A program made the position numbers and the translations under genes. Shown here in pieces: positions 14,395 to 27,489 of a DNA stretch of 64,000 nucleotides (its first letter is position 1; each line of letters starts with the position of its first letter). The DNA lies in NCBI RefSeq assembly GCF_009914755.1, contig NC_060927.1; one strand, written 5' to 3'. The notes beneath the pieces are model-generated. The model saw nothing but the letters and a program-made list of their open reading frames with translations. It searched no databases and was not told the DNA's origin. This DNA comes from the human T2T-CHM13v2.0 reference genome, Homo sapiens.

Positions 14395-15199
14395 TATACC
14401 ATAGCTAACATCAAAAGACAAATTAGTAAAATAAAAGTGGGTGGCATTTACAATCTTACAAATATGGGCTAGCATGTTTGTCACAACAAAGTACTAGTTT
14501 TCTTATTAAGAATTTTCACAAATCAATGGCAACAAGCCAAGAAAGAAAAAAGGAGCAAAGTTCAGAGACAAGGAAGCCTTTGAAAAGATGTTTAACTTCT
14601 CTAATAAGTAAATGCAAATTAACAAAGTATTAAATTTTTTCAGATTAGCCAGTATCAAGAGCTTTGGTAGTTCAGTGTTAACAGGAAGGGGGAAGCAGTG
14701 CTTGAATGTGCTTTCAGTGGGATGTAAATCAATACAGCTCCCTGCTTGGGAAGACTATTTAGCAATGGCTGTCAAAATTACAAATGCATATGACCTTTGA
14801 GCTAATCATTTAATTTCTAGAAATATGTGATATAGAAATGCACACACGGGCCTAAAAATATTAATTGCAATATTGTTTGTAATAACAAAATATTAGGAAA
14901 CTCTCCCAACTGTCTCTCATTTAGTAGCATGAATAAACTGATACATTTCCATAGTAGAATATTCTACAATGAGGGAAAAAAGAATGAAGTATTTCTGATA
15001 TGAAATATCAATATCAGTATATCTGATATGAAATATCAATATGATAATATCTCCAAGCCCAAAAATTTGGGAAATATTCAAGAAAAAGTTGCTCCTAGTG
15101 TGAAATTGATCATCCAAGGAAGACAAATGTCTCATTCCTACTCTCTGTGTGTATATATTACATTATTAGTTTAAAAATAAAATTAGTATTTTAACTAAG

Positions 15200-15556
15200 T
15201 GTATTATTAGTTCTCATGCTGCTATGAAGAAATACCTGAGACTGGGTAATTTATAAAGAAAATAGGTTTAATTGGCTCACTGTTCCACATGGCTGGCAAG
15301 TCCTCAGGAAACTTAAAATCATGGTGGAAGGCACCTTTCACAGGGTGGCAGGAGAGAGAATAAGTGCAAGCCAAGGAAATGCCAGACGCTTACAAAACCA
15401 TCAAATCTCATGAGAACTCACTCACTATCACAAGAACAGCATGCAGGAAACCACTCCCATGATTCAGTTATCTCCACCTGCTCCCACCTTTGACATGAGG
15501 GGATTATTACAATTCAAGGTGAGATTTGGGTGAGGATACAGAGCCAAACCACATCA
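15200..15556 (-). mobile_element. THE1/MST MaLR solo LTR
   Basis: TG...CA ends; perfect TSD ctaag (15195-15199, 15557-15561). Confidence 0.9.
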
Positions 15557-17649
15557 CTAAGGATCCAGAGTTAGAATCTAAGAACTGAGCTGAAATCAAC
15601 CTTTAAAATATGGTATTTCTATTCTCTTAGTTTACAGAAGAGAAACCTGAGATTTACAAAGTCCAAGGTCACTCAAAAAGCTAGACTCAGGAACAAACTT
15701 GGAGATTCCCAGTCCCTGGTTCACAGTTCTTTTTTTTTTTTTTATGTGATGCTCTTTGTTGTAGAATTTATGTCACGATTTTATTATGGAGTATCAGTCT
15801 CTCCAAGTGGGCTTCCGTAAGAGATCACATATAAAACACCAAAACTAGGCTCTGAGGTCCACACCCTCCTGCCCGCTCACTCTGCCATGGAGACAGCTCA
15901 TGCCACTGCAGGTAATGACAACTGCACAGCACGAGCAAGGTTGAGTAGAACAGGTATAGAAATTGGCATGGAGTGGTGAAGAGTCTGAATTCCCAAATGT
16001 CATTATAGAAGCCAGCTGCAGTGCTCCCTGGCTCACAGGTTCCCTGGGGCTGACTATCCTCCTGGGTCTCCAGCTGTCATCTTTTGCTTGATCCCTGGAT
16101 GGGGGCACACTCACATCCCTGTGATGTGTTTTGCCCCTGATGCTGGTATCCCCTAGCACTTTACCTTTAGCCAGCTTTAGCCTAGCAGATGCATTCACAC
16201 CTCCTCCATGAGATGTGTAGACCTTAGGAAAGTAAGACGTGGTCTCAAGTTTCCCAAGGAACAACTTACATTGCCCCCCAACACACACACACCTAGCAGC
16301 ATAAGACACATCTCTGATACTGCCATCTTCAGAAACTTCTAGATGGAAAACATCCCCCTACTGTAAGTAACTCCCTGCCATCCTATTTATGTATTTGTTT
16401 ATCTCTCTTTCATTTTCCCTTGTCCCTGAGAGTAGAGTAAGGAAAGGGCTCATTGCTTTCAACACTTTATTTTCTCTGAATTCAGCAGTCTTCACCTCAG
16501 CACAGTTTAGTCTGGCCCAATTTTGATAGGCATGGGCCTGTCTCTTTGCATCTTTGTCTCAGGCTGGGAGGCACATTTTGAACCTGGAAGTTTAGAACAC
16601 GGCGTCCTTTGTTTTTGACAGGCTGTTAAGGATATGCACAGGGCTAGAAAACTGAATAGAACATCCCTTGTGGATGCTGCAGGTTCTTAGCCACAAATTA
16701 ATACACAAAAACGGTTTGGGGTGTATCCCAAAAACCGTTAAAATGACTTGTTTATGTGGAGAAGTTAAAGCATTTCTCTACAATCTCATAACATTATTGA
16801 TTTTGCCATGAACCTCTTTTCTCATGAGTCATTCTAAGATATTTTTCAAGCAGTTTCCCTTCCATAGTTTCATAAGTTTGGAATGAGTGGAGGCCCAACC
16901 TCTGTGAATCGTTCTCTTGTGTGTTCTTTCCCTCCTGTCTCCGTCTCACAGTCTCACATGAGTGGCTGCACCCCCGGCTATAGCTTGTTTGCAGTTTGCT
17001 GCCAATATGACTGGAGCATCCGGTGAGGCCACATCTGCCTTTCAATCCCCCCGCCCTGATATTGTAAAATAAAAGTTTGTTATTTTGACATTTTTGTAGC
17101 TCACTGCACCACCCTTTGGTGGCCAGTTTAGAAAAATTTGATAATTAATGAAGATATCATACACCGGTTATGTAAAAGCAGGATAGGAGTAGCCACAAAG
17201 ACCCTGGAGGCTGAAAATCAGGAACAGAACTGAGAGCCTTACAAAGTGTGATTTCATCAAAGCCATATGATAGCTACTGTGTTTATGTAAATTAATTTTA
17301 CTACATTGTGTCACAACCTCCTCCCTTTTAAAAAGCTCTTGCCCTCTGTAGCTTGAGGCAACCTTCTGCCCATCATTGATCCCTTCTTTCCAGGTTATTC
17401 CCATTTCTACATTCTTAGCTGTTACATTTTCAAATTGAAATATTTTATTCACTACTCATGTCCAGTGTCCTCACTTACCTTGGCATCATTTCTTCCCTCA
17501 AGAGTAATATTGGCACAACTAAGAAAATATCATCCATTATCATCAATACAGCATATTGATGTTCTGACGTAGTCCATCAGTGTAGAGGCAGAAGAGCAAC
17601 AGCAGCCCTTAGGATGCGATGGACATAAAGGCAGCTTTATAGCCAGACC

Positions 17650-19520
17650 TCAGTTCCAATCTTAGCTCCATCTGGAAAAAATAAATAACTTTAGACTCTT
17701 ACCCTCTACCTGACATTGAAATTAATTTACTTTAGAGCAAAGACTTCAGCATAAAAAATAAACCCAAATACAAAGAAGAAATCATGAGAGGCCTTACTAT
17801 GGCCCCAAACCAGAAGCTCCATAAAAATAAAAACATCTCTACAGCACAAAAATCACCATTAACAAAGTCAAAAGCAAACGGCAGACTAGGGTAATTATTT
17901 GTAATTTAAATTGCAAAAACTAATTTTTCTAACATAGAAATACTCCTACAAATCCAAAACAAAAAGCCCAAAACCTAAAAATAAAGGGACAAGAAAAGTA
18001 AACAGAATTTTCAGAAAATGCAACACAAATGGCTCTTAAACAAATGAAACAATGCTTAGCCTCTCTCATAATATGATAAATGTAAATTAAAACTATAATG
18101 GCATACCAGTGTTCACCAATTGGATTAGCAAAGGTCAAAAAACTTGATAACACTGTATGTTGGCAGAGGCTAATATGTTGCCACAAGACTATAAATTGCG
18201 ATAACTCAAATGGAAGGAAATTTTGCAATATCTGTGAAATTCCTGCTGCATGTATCTTTCAACCTTGCTATTTCATCTGTAGGAATTTATTTTGCAGATA
18301 TATTTGCCTGTATGCAAAGGGACAGGTGTAAAGATCATTCCCTGAAGCACTGACGTAATAGCAGATTAGGAAACAATCTAGATGCTAATCAATAGGGCAC
18401 AGGTTAAATTAATTATGGAATGGTCATAAAGTGAAAATGCCTGCATGCCCCTAAACAGGAATGAGGAAACTTTTTTTTTTCCCTGGGTTGAAGGTTTATT
18501 TATTTATTTATTTATTTATTTATTTTTCTTTTCTTTTTTTTTAATTATTATACTTTAAGTTTTAGGGTACATGTGCACAACATGCAGGTTTGTTACGTAT
18601 GCATACATGTGCCATGTTGGTGTGCTGCACCCATTAACTTGTCATTTACATTAGGTATATCTCCTAATGCTATCCCTCCCCCCTCCTCCCGCCCCACAAC
18701 AGGCCCTGGGGTGTGATGTTCCCCTTCCTGTGTCCATGTGTTCTCATTCTTCAGTTCCCACCTATGAGTGAGAACGTGCGATAGTTTGCTGAGAATGATG
18801 GTTTCCAGCTTCATCCATGTCCCTACAAAGGACATGAACTCATCCTTTTTTATGGCTGCATAGTATTCCATGGTGTATATGTGCCACATTTTCTTAATCC
18901 ACTCTATCATTGTTGGACATTTGGGTTGGTTCCAAGTCTTTGCTATTATGAATAATGCCGCAATAAACATACGTGTGCATGTGTCTTTATAGCAGCATGA
19001 TTTATAATCCTCTGGGTATATACCCAGTAATGGGATGGCTGAGTCAAATGGTATTTCTAGTTCTAGATCCCTGAGGAATCGCCACACTGACTTCCACAAT
19101 GGTTGAACTAGATTACAGTCCCACCAACAGTGTAAAAGTGTTCCTATTTCTCCACATCCTCTCCAGCACCTGTTGTTTCCTGACTTTTTAATGATTGCCA
19201 TTCTAACTGGTGTGAGATGGTATCTCATTGTGGTTTTGATTTGCATTTCGGAATGAGGAAACTTTTTATTTACTGATAAGAAATATCTCCAGGATGTGTT
19301 CTTATGAAAAGAGCAAATAGAGAAGTATGTAATGGCATGTTGACATTTGTGCAGAAAAAGGGCAAAGGGAATATTTTTTAGTATTTTCTTATGTGTGTAT
19401 AAGTGCACAAGTAACTGATAATATTGTTTGCCTCTGGAGACGGGAACTGGAGGTGTGGTGAACACAGGTGAGCAGGAGACTTAAATTTTAAATCCCGTGG
19501 CATATCTATTCAATTATTTT
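17650..19520 (+). mobile_element. Old L1ME-like 3' region split by a younger L1
   Basis: Decayed L1 ORF2-end and 3'UTR motifs on both sides of the 18476-19249 insertion. Confidence 0.6.
18476..19249 (-). mobile_element. 5'-truncated L1PA4/5 with short 3' transduction
   Basis: 18-bp TSD ggaatgaggaaacttttt (18458-18475, 19250-19267); ORF2 C-terminus ([19 protein letters not shown]...) and 3'UTR. Confidence 0.95.
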
Positions 19521-19526
19521 TATCTT

Positions 19527-19881
19527 TGATGAGTTCATGTCCTTTGTAGGGACATGGATGAAATTGGAAATCATCATTCTCAGTAAACTATCACAAGGAC
19601 AAAAAACCAAACACCACATGTTCTCATTCATAGGTGGGAATTGAACAATGAGAACACCTGGACACAGGAAGGGGAACATCACACTGGGGACTGTTGTGGG
19701 GTGGGGGGAGCAGGGAGGGATAGCATTAGGAGATATACCTAATGCTAAATGACGAGTTAATGGGTGCAGCACACCAGCATGGCACATGTATACATATGTA
19801 ACAAACCTGCACATTGTGCACATGTACCCTAAAACTTAAAGTATAATAATAATAAAATAAATAAATAAATAAATAAATAAA
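19527..19881 (+). mobile_element. ~350-bp L1PA3-like 3' end with (AAAT)n tail
   Basis: aatgctaaatgacgagttaatgggtgcagcacaccagc diagnostics; no TSD seen. Confidence 0.93.
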
Positions 19882-21602
19882 CTAATACACAAAAAGAGAG
19901 GATATTGGCTTCACCATTAGCCAGCGATGTAGCCTTTGTTTTCACAAAATAATACCTATCTCATAGTTTGGTTTTGAGGACTAAAAGGACCCAGCTCAAT
20001 GGCAGGCTTGTCATAGGCGTTCAGCAAGTGGCAGATCTTATTAATTAATTACACTGCAACCCAACAACTTCAACCAAAGTATTTTCTTGTGAACAAATGG
20101 TGAAGTTTTATTATATTTTAGCCTAATGTAGCAAAATCCCTACCTTTAATTTTCACAGTAAACTAAAACACTGTGTGTCTGTTATAACTAAAGTCCAGAA
20201 TTGCCTAATATTCACAGTAATCAGATCATCTTCTTGTTCCAACAACCAGCTAGGAGCTTAATTTAAAAGGAAAACACCTTACTTATTATATAACTTAACA
20301 TTACCATTAGTCAAACAGATGAATAAACAAAAAGGAAATTGTACATAATTTTGATATGAATATGAAGATGTTATCAGAGCAAAACAGGCTCACATCAGTG
20401 TGTCAGGACATCGGTGAGGCAGCATTCGATGCAACCCTATGTGTCCCTGGAAATTTGGCTGGAGGAAGCTGGGATCACTTATATTCTGAGGATGATGGAG
20501 GTGAGATGCAGAAAGATAATTTGATGTCTTCAAGACTACACACTGACTGATATGGTTGAGGAAAGAATCCATACGTCCTGGCTGTTCTTTGCTATCTCAG
20601 TTCCCAGATCACACAGATTAGCAGGGGGAAGACACAAGATTGTCCTTCTGGGCCAGCTTAGCTCAAATTTTTGCAGCTACAGCAAGAACAGCAGCTATCC
20701 AAATAAACACAGTAAATTCTCTTACTCACTTCAAGCTGATTCTGACAAATAAAGAAGCAAGCTCAATCAGCTTTATAAATAAGAATGCTAAAGAAAGGTT
20801 ATATTCAAATGTTCTTTATTCCTGCCTCCAAATAATTGAGACTAAATGAAACCATTTCATTCCCCCATCCCCCAGTCCTGACAACTGCTTGGCTGAATAT
20901 GAGTCGAGCTCACTGAACCATACAGAGAGGAATGAATCAAGCATGAGGGTGGAGCTAAGAGCCATGGAGACCAGCTGAGAGATGGAAAAGTTCAGGGCAA
21001 GGTCAGTGCCAGTGGCCTCAAGTCTAGAGCAGGCCCCTTGAGAGCCAGATAGAGACAGCTAGGCGGGTCCCACTGAGGCAGGTCCCGCTAGGGAAGAGGA
21101 TGTGCTGCTGTGCCCACACCACATGAATAGCACCTAGAAGAGTCCTAGAAGGGACCAAGGGTACCCTCACACACCCACCTCCAGACCAGTTCAGAAACGT
21201 ATTCTCATATAGATCTATCTTGGGTAATAAAGTTTCATTGGTTTTTATCCCTATTAATACAGGACCCTGTTAATACTAGACCCCAGCCTCCTACAAAGCT
21301 CTTTTCCCACCCCTTTCTGGCAAGCATCTTGACAAACATTTAAGGCAAGCATTTTGACAACTATCTGTGGCATCTGTGGATTTTTTTTTTCACTCTTCTT
21401 CTTCTGCTCCCCCATCCCAAGAACAATCTGGGCACTGTGCATCCATTCACCACATCCATTCCCCTGGGTACCACCACTGCATTCTTTGGGTGCCACCCTC
21501 TCCTCCTGAGGTCCTCTGCTCCACTGGACACTACAGCCCTTTGCATTGGCAAAGCTACCTTCCACCAGGTACCCCACTGGTGCAAACCCAGCACTGCCCT
21601 GT

Positions 21603-23280
21603 CAGGGACAGGCTTAGGATGAAGCAAGCAAGGCACTCACTCCCCTGGCGTACCAAAAAACTCAGTAGTAGAGACAAATAATATTTTAACACAGTATTTT
21701 TTAAAATAAAGATTGATGCAAAAAATTCATAATGAACTAAATTTACAACTTTCAAGTAAAAAAGGGGTTTCTGATAATGCCATGCTGAGCCATATTAGAG
21801 ACTGAGACAAAAGGAAATACATGTCCCCAATAGTATATGTTTGTATGTATTTTTAAGGGTTAATTTTTCTAGAATATTAAAATGTCTGAAAAATATTTAA
21901 AAACAGGAAAATAGCTATATTAAACTCACAACATTATTTTTGTTTAAATATTTTATTTATAGTGAAACCAGAATTTATTGTAATGTTACTTTCCTGGCCT
22001 AAAATGGAACCAAATTCATCAATAATATTTTCAAAATTTACTCTTTGCTTATCTCATTTTCAGTTGAGAGTTTTGAATTCTAATGAGCAACATTAACTCA
22101 GAAAGTGTGATGCACATAAAACTTTTTAATAAGAGATATGAATATACCTTCTGAATTTGAAAGTAAATGAAAAAAAAATTGGACATGTATGAATTATTGC
22201 ATGAGAGTATCAATTATTATAGGGAAAGTACATATGAAATAGAAATTAAGGAGATTATAGAGGTCCTAATTTTACATGTGAAATGAAAATATGAGAAAAA
22301 AAGGCCTTTATATATTTTGAATTTTTATTTTTAATAAATATTATAAATTTATTTTTACCCAATTATTCATGCTTCTTGTAGAAAATATACAAATACATGT
22401 AAATCAAAAGAAAAAATCCAGATTATCATAAAGATAATCATCTTATTTTGTCGTACTTTTTTCTACACATTTTTTTCTATAGATACATAATTAAACACAT
22501 TAATCTGTATATGTATGAGTTCATATTAAATTCACATTTAAATATACTTAGTACAACTTTTTCTCATTCATTTGGGGGACTAAAACTGGTCTATAAGACG
22601 TTTTGATTTTTTCTTCATCTTTTAAAAAAATTTTATAGACACATAATAGTTGTACATATTTATGGAGTATATATATTTTGATATAAGCCTATAATATATA
22701 ATAAATTAATGCCATGTTGGTAAAAATGTGGCAGGCCCTATGCTTTGTACCCTAGATATATTATTTTGTGTAGTCCTTAAAACCACAATAAAGTAGATAT
22801 ATTTTTTTTTAACTTTTATTTTAGGTTCAGAGATACATATGCAGATTTGTTCTATAGGTAAATTGCATATCCCAGGGGTTTGGTATACAGATTATTTCAC
22901 CACCCAGGTAATAAGCATAGTACCCAATAGGTAATTTTTGAGCTTTTGAATTTTTCACTTGAGAAAGTTTATTTTGTATGAATACATCTAATTTACAAAA
23001 AGCAGCCAATGATTTGGCTTTTGACTATTGTGATGATTTAAATCCTATAGAAATGTTATCTGATATAGTTTTAAGCAGCATGCAATATCAATAATTTGTA
23101 ATAAAAATCAGCATCATGTTTGGATCTTCTAAAATGGATTCATACATTTTGCTTAGTGCAGGCTTATCCAAATTTGGAAGTGGTCTTAAGGATTTTTTTT
23201 AACAATATCAGTCACCCTGGCATTTTGTGGAAGAAGTTTCAGTAAGCTGAAGTTCGTTAAAAGTTATTTAAGATTGTCCT
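21603..23280. mobile_element. hAT-Tip100 (Zaphod/MER91-like) DNA transposon remnant with L1 3' fragments inserted (~22620-22700, ~22800-22941)
   Basis: Terminal-like cagggacaggcttaggatgaagcaagcaaggcactc...aaaaaactcagtag; AT-rich body; L1 3' ends (aacttttattttaggttcagagatacat). Confidence 0.5.
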
Positions 23281-23299
23281 TTGGTCAAGAGACATTTCC

Positions 23300-24130
23300 A
23301 AACATGGGCAGTTCTCTGACTGAAAATGGGGCCTCAGCTGGGAGGACTCAGAGACTGTGGCTGGAGCAACTGGAGCCCGCCAGCCATCCTTCTCGTTCCC
23401 TGTGGCCTCCCCATGTGGCCTCTCCAGCATAAGTCTCAGGATAGCTCCCCTTCTTACACAGCAGCCCAGGCTGAAGCAGGTTCACTGCGCATGGTTACCA
23501 AGTCTGATGAGACAGAGCACCCACACACATAAGTTACAAGAGGCTGGTTTATTGTTTACAGATAGGCAGCAAGGGACAACCAAAGCCTAAGATCCATTGT
23601 GAGCTGATCCCTCAAGGCTCAGCAAAGCTGCCTGGGGCAGATAGTCTTGTCTGCTTGTCTGTGTGTGCCCCACCTGTAGCTAAGGGACCCTGAGAAGCAG
23701 CTCATCCAAGGGGAATCCTCATTTGCTAGGCTAAAGTGTTGAATGGCATCCTGTTTCTAGCGGGTGGATGGAACAAAACCCTGGCTCTTCTGGCCAGTTC
23801 CTCCCTATTTCAGAATGCCACATTCCCAGCACATTTGACAGCTATTCCTGAGAACTACAATCAAGAAAGGGGGAGAACTGGGTTGGTGCAAGGCCACCTC
23901 CCTGGAGAACTGCCTTGTGCCCAGGGCTTCCAGACAGAGTGCTCCAGGCATCCTGGAATGGAAATGCAAACTTCTTATGACTTAGCCTCAGAAATCGCAG
24001 AACCTCACTTCTGCCATATTCTAGTGAATGAACAACTCACCAAGACCAGCACAGTTTCAAGAGGACAGGGAACTTAGACTTCACCTCTCAGAGGGAAGTG
24101 TAGCAAAGAATTTGTGGCCATCTTCTATCT
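23300..24130 (-). mobile_element. MLT1-type MaLR LTR with nested ERVL-type solo LTR (~23472-23920, MER70/LTR53-like)
   Basis: MLT1 motifs on both sides; inner element flanked by ccagg (23466-23470, 23921-23925). Confidence 0.65.
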
Positions 24131-25120
24131 GCCCCATCCCAATGGAAAGACGCTTCCATCAAAGCTGTACTTCAAAGCATCCAGAAGCTCAGAGCTCTGA
24201 GTCCCAAACACAGACACAACCAAACCACAGACTCACTTGGGCCGGGATCCTCCACTACTCCAAAGGCCCCTTTTGAATGCTTTCTGTGATGTTAGGATCT
24301 TTTCATCTTTACAGCCATGAATGGCTCTGTCTGAGGAAGAAAATTTCACATTTGGTCAGCTCATTAGGAGAAAGATCAGGACTGGTCACCATTGTGGTCA
24401 GGGCTGGTGCTGGTGGTTACATGGAGGGAGGGGACAGCCAGTTCAGCAGTGACTGGAACCTGCCTCCCCATGCACCTGTGCCAACCCACACCTTTCTCCC
24501 AGCATTTGTTTTTGGTTCTCTATTTGAGGCTTCTTAGGGAGGCTTCTCCTGGAGAGAAAGGCTGGCTTTTCAAGGTGGGTATTTAGGATTTGGTGTATGC
24601 CTGGCAGGGATATTCTGGCAGTGTTGTGGGTATGAAGGAAATGGATTGGATCCAGAGAGGGTGAGTGCCCTGAGACCAGCAGAACACAGCTGGGGAAGGG
24701 CAGCTAGGATCTGCACATAAACCCCCACCTGGCATGGCTGCTGTGCCAGCAGGCATTCTTAAGTGGCTGGCCTTGCAGTCTCCTCCATGACTTTGGGCAA
24801 GTTCCACCTTTGCCTGGCTCAGTTCCTTTCTTTTTTCAATTGCCTCCCTCATATAGAAGAGGCAGTGCAGTGGTGATGGACTCTGCCTCTTACTGGTCAC
24901 ATATCCTCAGGCAGGTTATGGAACTTCAGATTCCTCCTCTGTGAAGTGAGGATTAATAAAGTGCTTGCCCCACAGGGTTGTTGCAAGGATTGAATAGGTT
25001 GATTGTATAAGGATTAGAACCAGGCCTGACACTCATACCCATGGTACATGTGATCCAGTGGAGGCATGGGGCTTTGCAGCCAGATGGAGCTCAAATCCCA
25101 GCCCTGCCACTTACTAGCTC

Positions 25121-25549
25121 TGTAATAGAGTTCTCTAGAGGGACAGAACTAATAGGATAGATATATAAAGGAGTTTATTAAGTATTAACTTACATGATCA
25201 CAAGGTCCCACAATAGGCTGTCTGTAAGCTTGAGGAGCAAGAAGAGCCAGTCCAAGTTTCAAAACTGAAGAACTTGGAGTCTGATGTTCAAGGGTGGGAA
25301 GCATCCAGCACGGGAGAAAGATGTAGGCTGGGAGGCTAGGCCAGTCTTTCCTTTTCACATTTTTCTGCCTGCTTTATATTCACTGGCCTCTGATTAGATT
25401 GTGCCCACCAGATTAAGGGTGGGTCTCCCTTTCCCAGCCCACTGACTCAGATCTTAATCTCCTTTGGCAACACCCTCACAGACATACCCAGGATCAATAC
25501 TTTGTATCCTTCAATCCAGTCCAGTTGACACTCAGTATTAACCATCACG
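25121..25549 (-). mobile_element. MLT2A (HERV-L) solo LTR inserted in MIR
   Basis: ttctctagagggacagaactaataggatag...ctcagtattaaccatcac; TSD ctagc (25114-25118, 25550-25554). Confidence 0.9.
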
Positions 25550-26078
25550 CTAGCTATGTGACCTTGGTCATCTTATGCCTCCTTCAGCCTCATTTTCCTT
25601 CTCTGTCTCCCTCTAATTGCTGTAGGGATCAGAGAAATTGCGCATAGAGGGCCTAGGAGCAGCTGCGGGTAAATCACACACACGTCTTCTCACTTCTCTT
25701 CCAGGCTTTTCTTCCTTCTCGCTATTTGTCAGCTCCGGCATCTCACCCTTAGCAAGATGCTTCACATTAATGGCAGTTGTCATGTATCAACTGAACATGA
25801 CACTTCCAGCCTCTGAGCCATGTCTGTCTGCAAATTCCCAGTGACATACTCAGGGGTCCCAGCGTGAGGGCTGTTCTCTTCCATCCAGATTCTCAGCCTC
25901 TCTTGACTTTTCAGAACTGATTGCTCTGACTCTGTGCTCAAGGGCCTTCATGCTGTCAGGGCTGAAGGATTCTTATATTCCAAACACCTGGATGGGATTC
26001 TGTTGTTTTCCTCACAGCATTGAATCAGTACTACCTTCTCATGGGCTCTTAACGACCTGCCCAACCTATCTCAAACTC

Positions 26079-26261
26079 CATGTTTCTTAAAGTGCAATCC
26101 TTGGACTCGCAGCATCACATCACCTGAGAAGTTATCTGAAATGCCCATTCCCAGACCCCATCCAGACCTCCTGAATCAGAAACTCTGGGGTGGGGCCGAA
26201 CAAGCTGGTTTTAACAAGCCTTCCAGGAGATCCTGACGCATATTCACGTTTAAGAACTGCT
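26079..26261 (+). mobile_element. MER5A hAT-Charlie element
   Basis: cagacctcctgaatcagaaactctggggtggggcc...ttttaacaagccttccagg. Confidence 0.85.
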
Positions 26262-27489
26262 AAAGGTTAAGAAACACCTTAGCGTTTTGGTTAAGATGAA
26301 ATGTAAGAATCAAACACATTTCCAGCCAAGTCTGTTTTTACTGTTAATTTACTGATTATACCTACATCCTTTCAAAAAGGAATGAATGAGGGCTTAGGAT
26401 TAAACAATGATGTTGATGATAACAAAAAAATAGCATGTATTGAAAAGTTACCTTGGTGAGGCACTGTGCTAATTCCCATGTGTTTATGTCATTTAATCTT
26501 TATAAAAATCTGATGAAATATTTATTCTCGTCATTTGTATCTGAGGAAATAAAATTTCTGAAAGGTTAAATACATAACCTACAACCAAATTTGAAGGAGA
26601 AAAAAATATTCTTTTGTTCTTGGGATTTTTGTTTTGTTTTTTGCAAACTGTATCATTGTACCTTAAGTTTATTTGACGGTCCCTGTATCCAAGGAACTAT
26701 TTAGAAATAATAATTCCTAAGAGTTGAGTCTCACTAGGCAGAGTAGGAGCAAGTGATGCTAGTAGCAAGGGCATCCCTGGGGCCTATCCTCAATGCTGAG
26801 CAGTCGGTTGGGTGAGCTGCCATCGGCAGGTGACAGACCCAGTTGGAAAGTTCTCTGCAGACCTCAGCAGGCAGGAGACAGTGCACACTGTCATTGAGGG
26901 AAACTACCTGCACAGCTTTGCCCTACAAAAACATGTAACAAACATGAGTCCCAAATAGATGTCAATTATTGGCCCTAATGGGTAAACCAAGGTCCTCCTA
27001 CTGCCCCTATATGGTGGTCCATATAGAATAACAACTCTTTTGTTTTACTTCTTTAGAAGAAAACACCTTTCTTATAATATGACTTAAATCTAATGAAGAT
27101 TTTCTTTTTTCTAAGATTAAATAGCTACCATTTTCTTAGTGCTTAACTATATTCAGGTTCTATAGTAGACGCTTAAGCATGTTAGATCAATGATGCCTCA
27201 TATAACTCTGCCAGATAAATATTACCATCTCCATTTTTGCAGGTAAGGAACAGGGCACCCAGAGAGGTTAGCGACTTGCTTTTCGTCACTTCGGTGGTAA
27301 ATGGTAAAGTGCAGTCTGACAACCAGCCCAAGTTCTGGAGGCACCAGGATGCTTTTCATAGGCTGCAAACTGGTCCCAGATGTAGTTCCTTTCTTCCCTT
27401 CTTTGTAGTCAAGTGGGTCACAATTCTACAGAGTTAGATTCCTACATGAAATGAAGGCCACTTGCTGTAATCTATGAAATTAGTTATTA

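Noticed and set aside
18593-19465. 290-aa ORF
   Set aside because: Chimera of old L1M flank, L1 ORF2 C-terminus and frameshifted 3'UTR; GTG start; no gene-like features.
18476-19881. Single twin-primed L1
   Set aside because: Both arms have their own tails and cover the same L1 region with different diagnostics; the left copy has complete TSDs.
21254-21681. Overlapping GC-richer ORFs as a processed pseudogene
   Set aside because: No recognisable protein, poly(A) tail or TSD.
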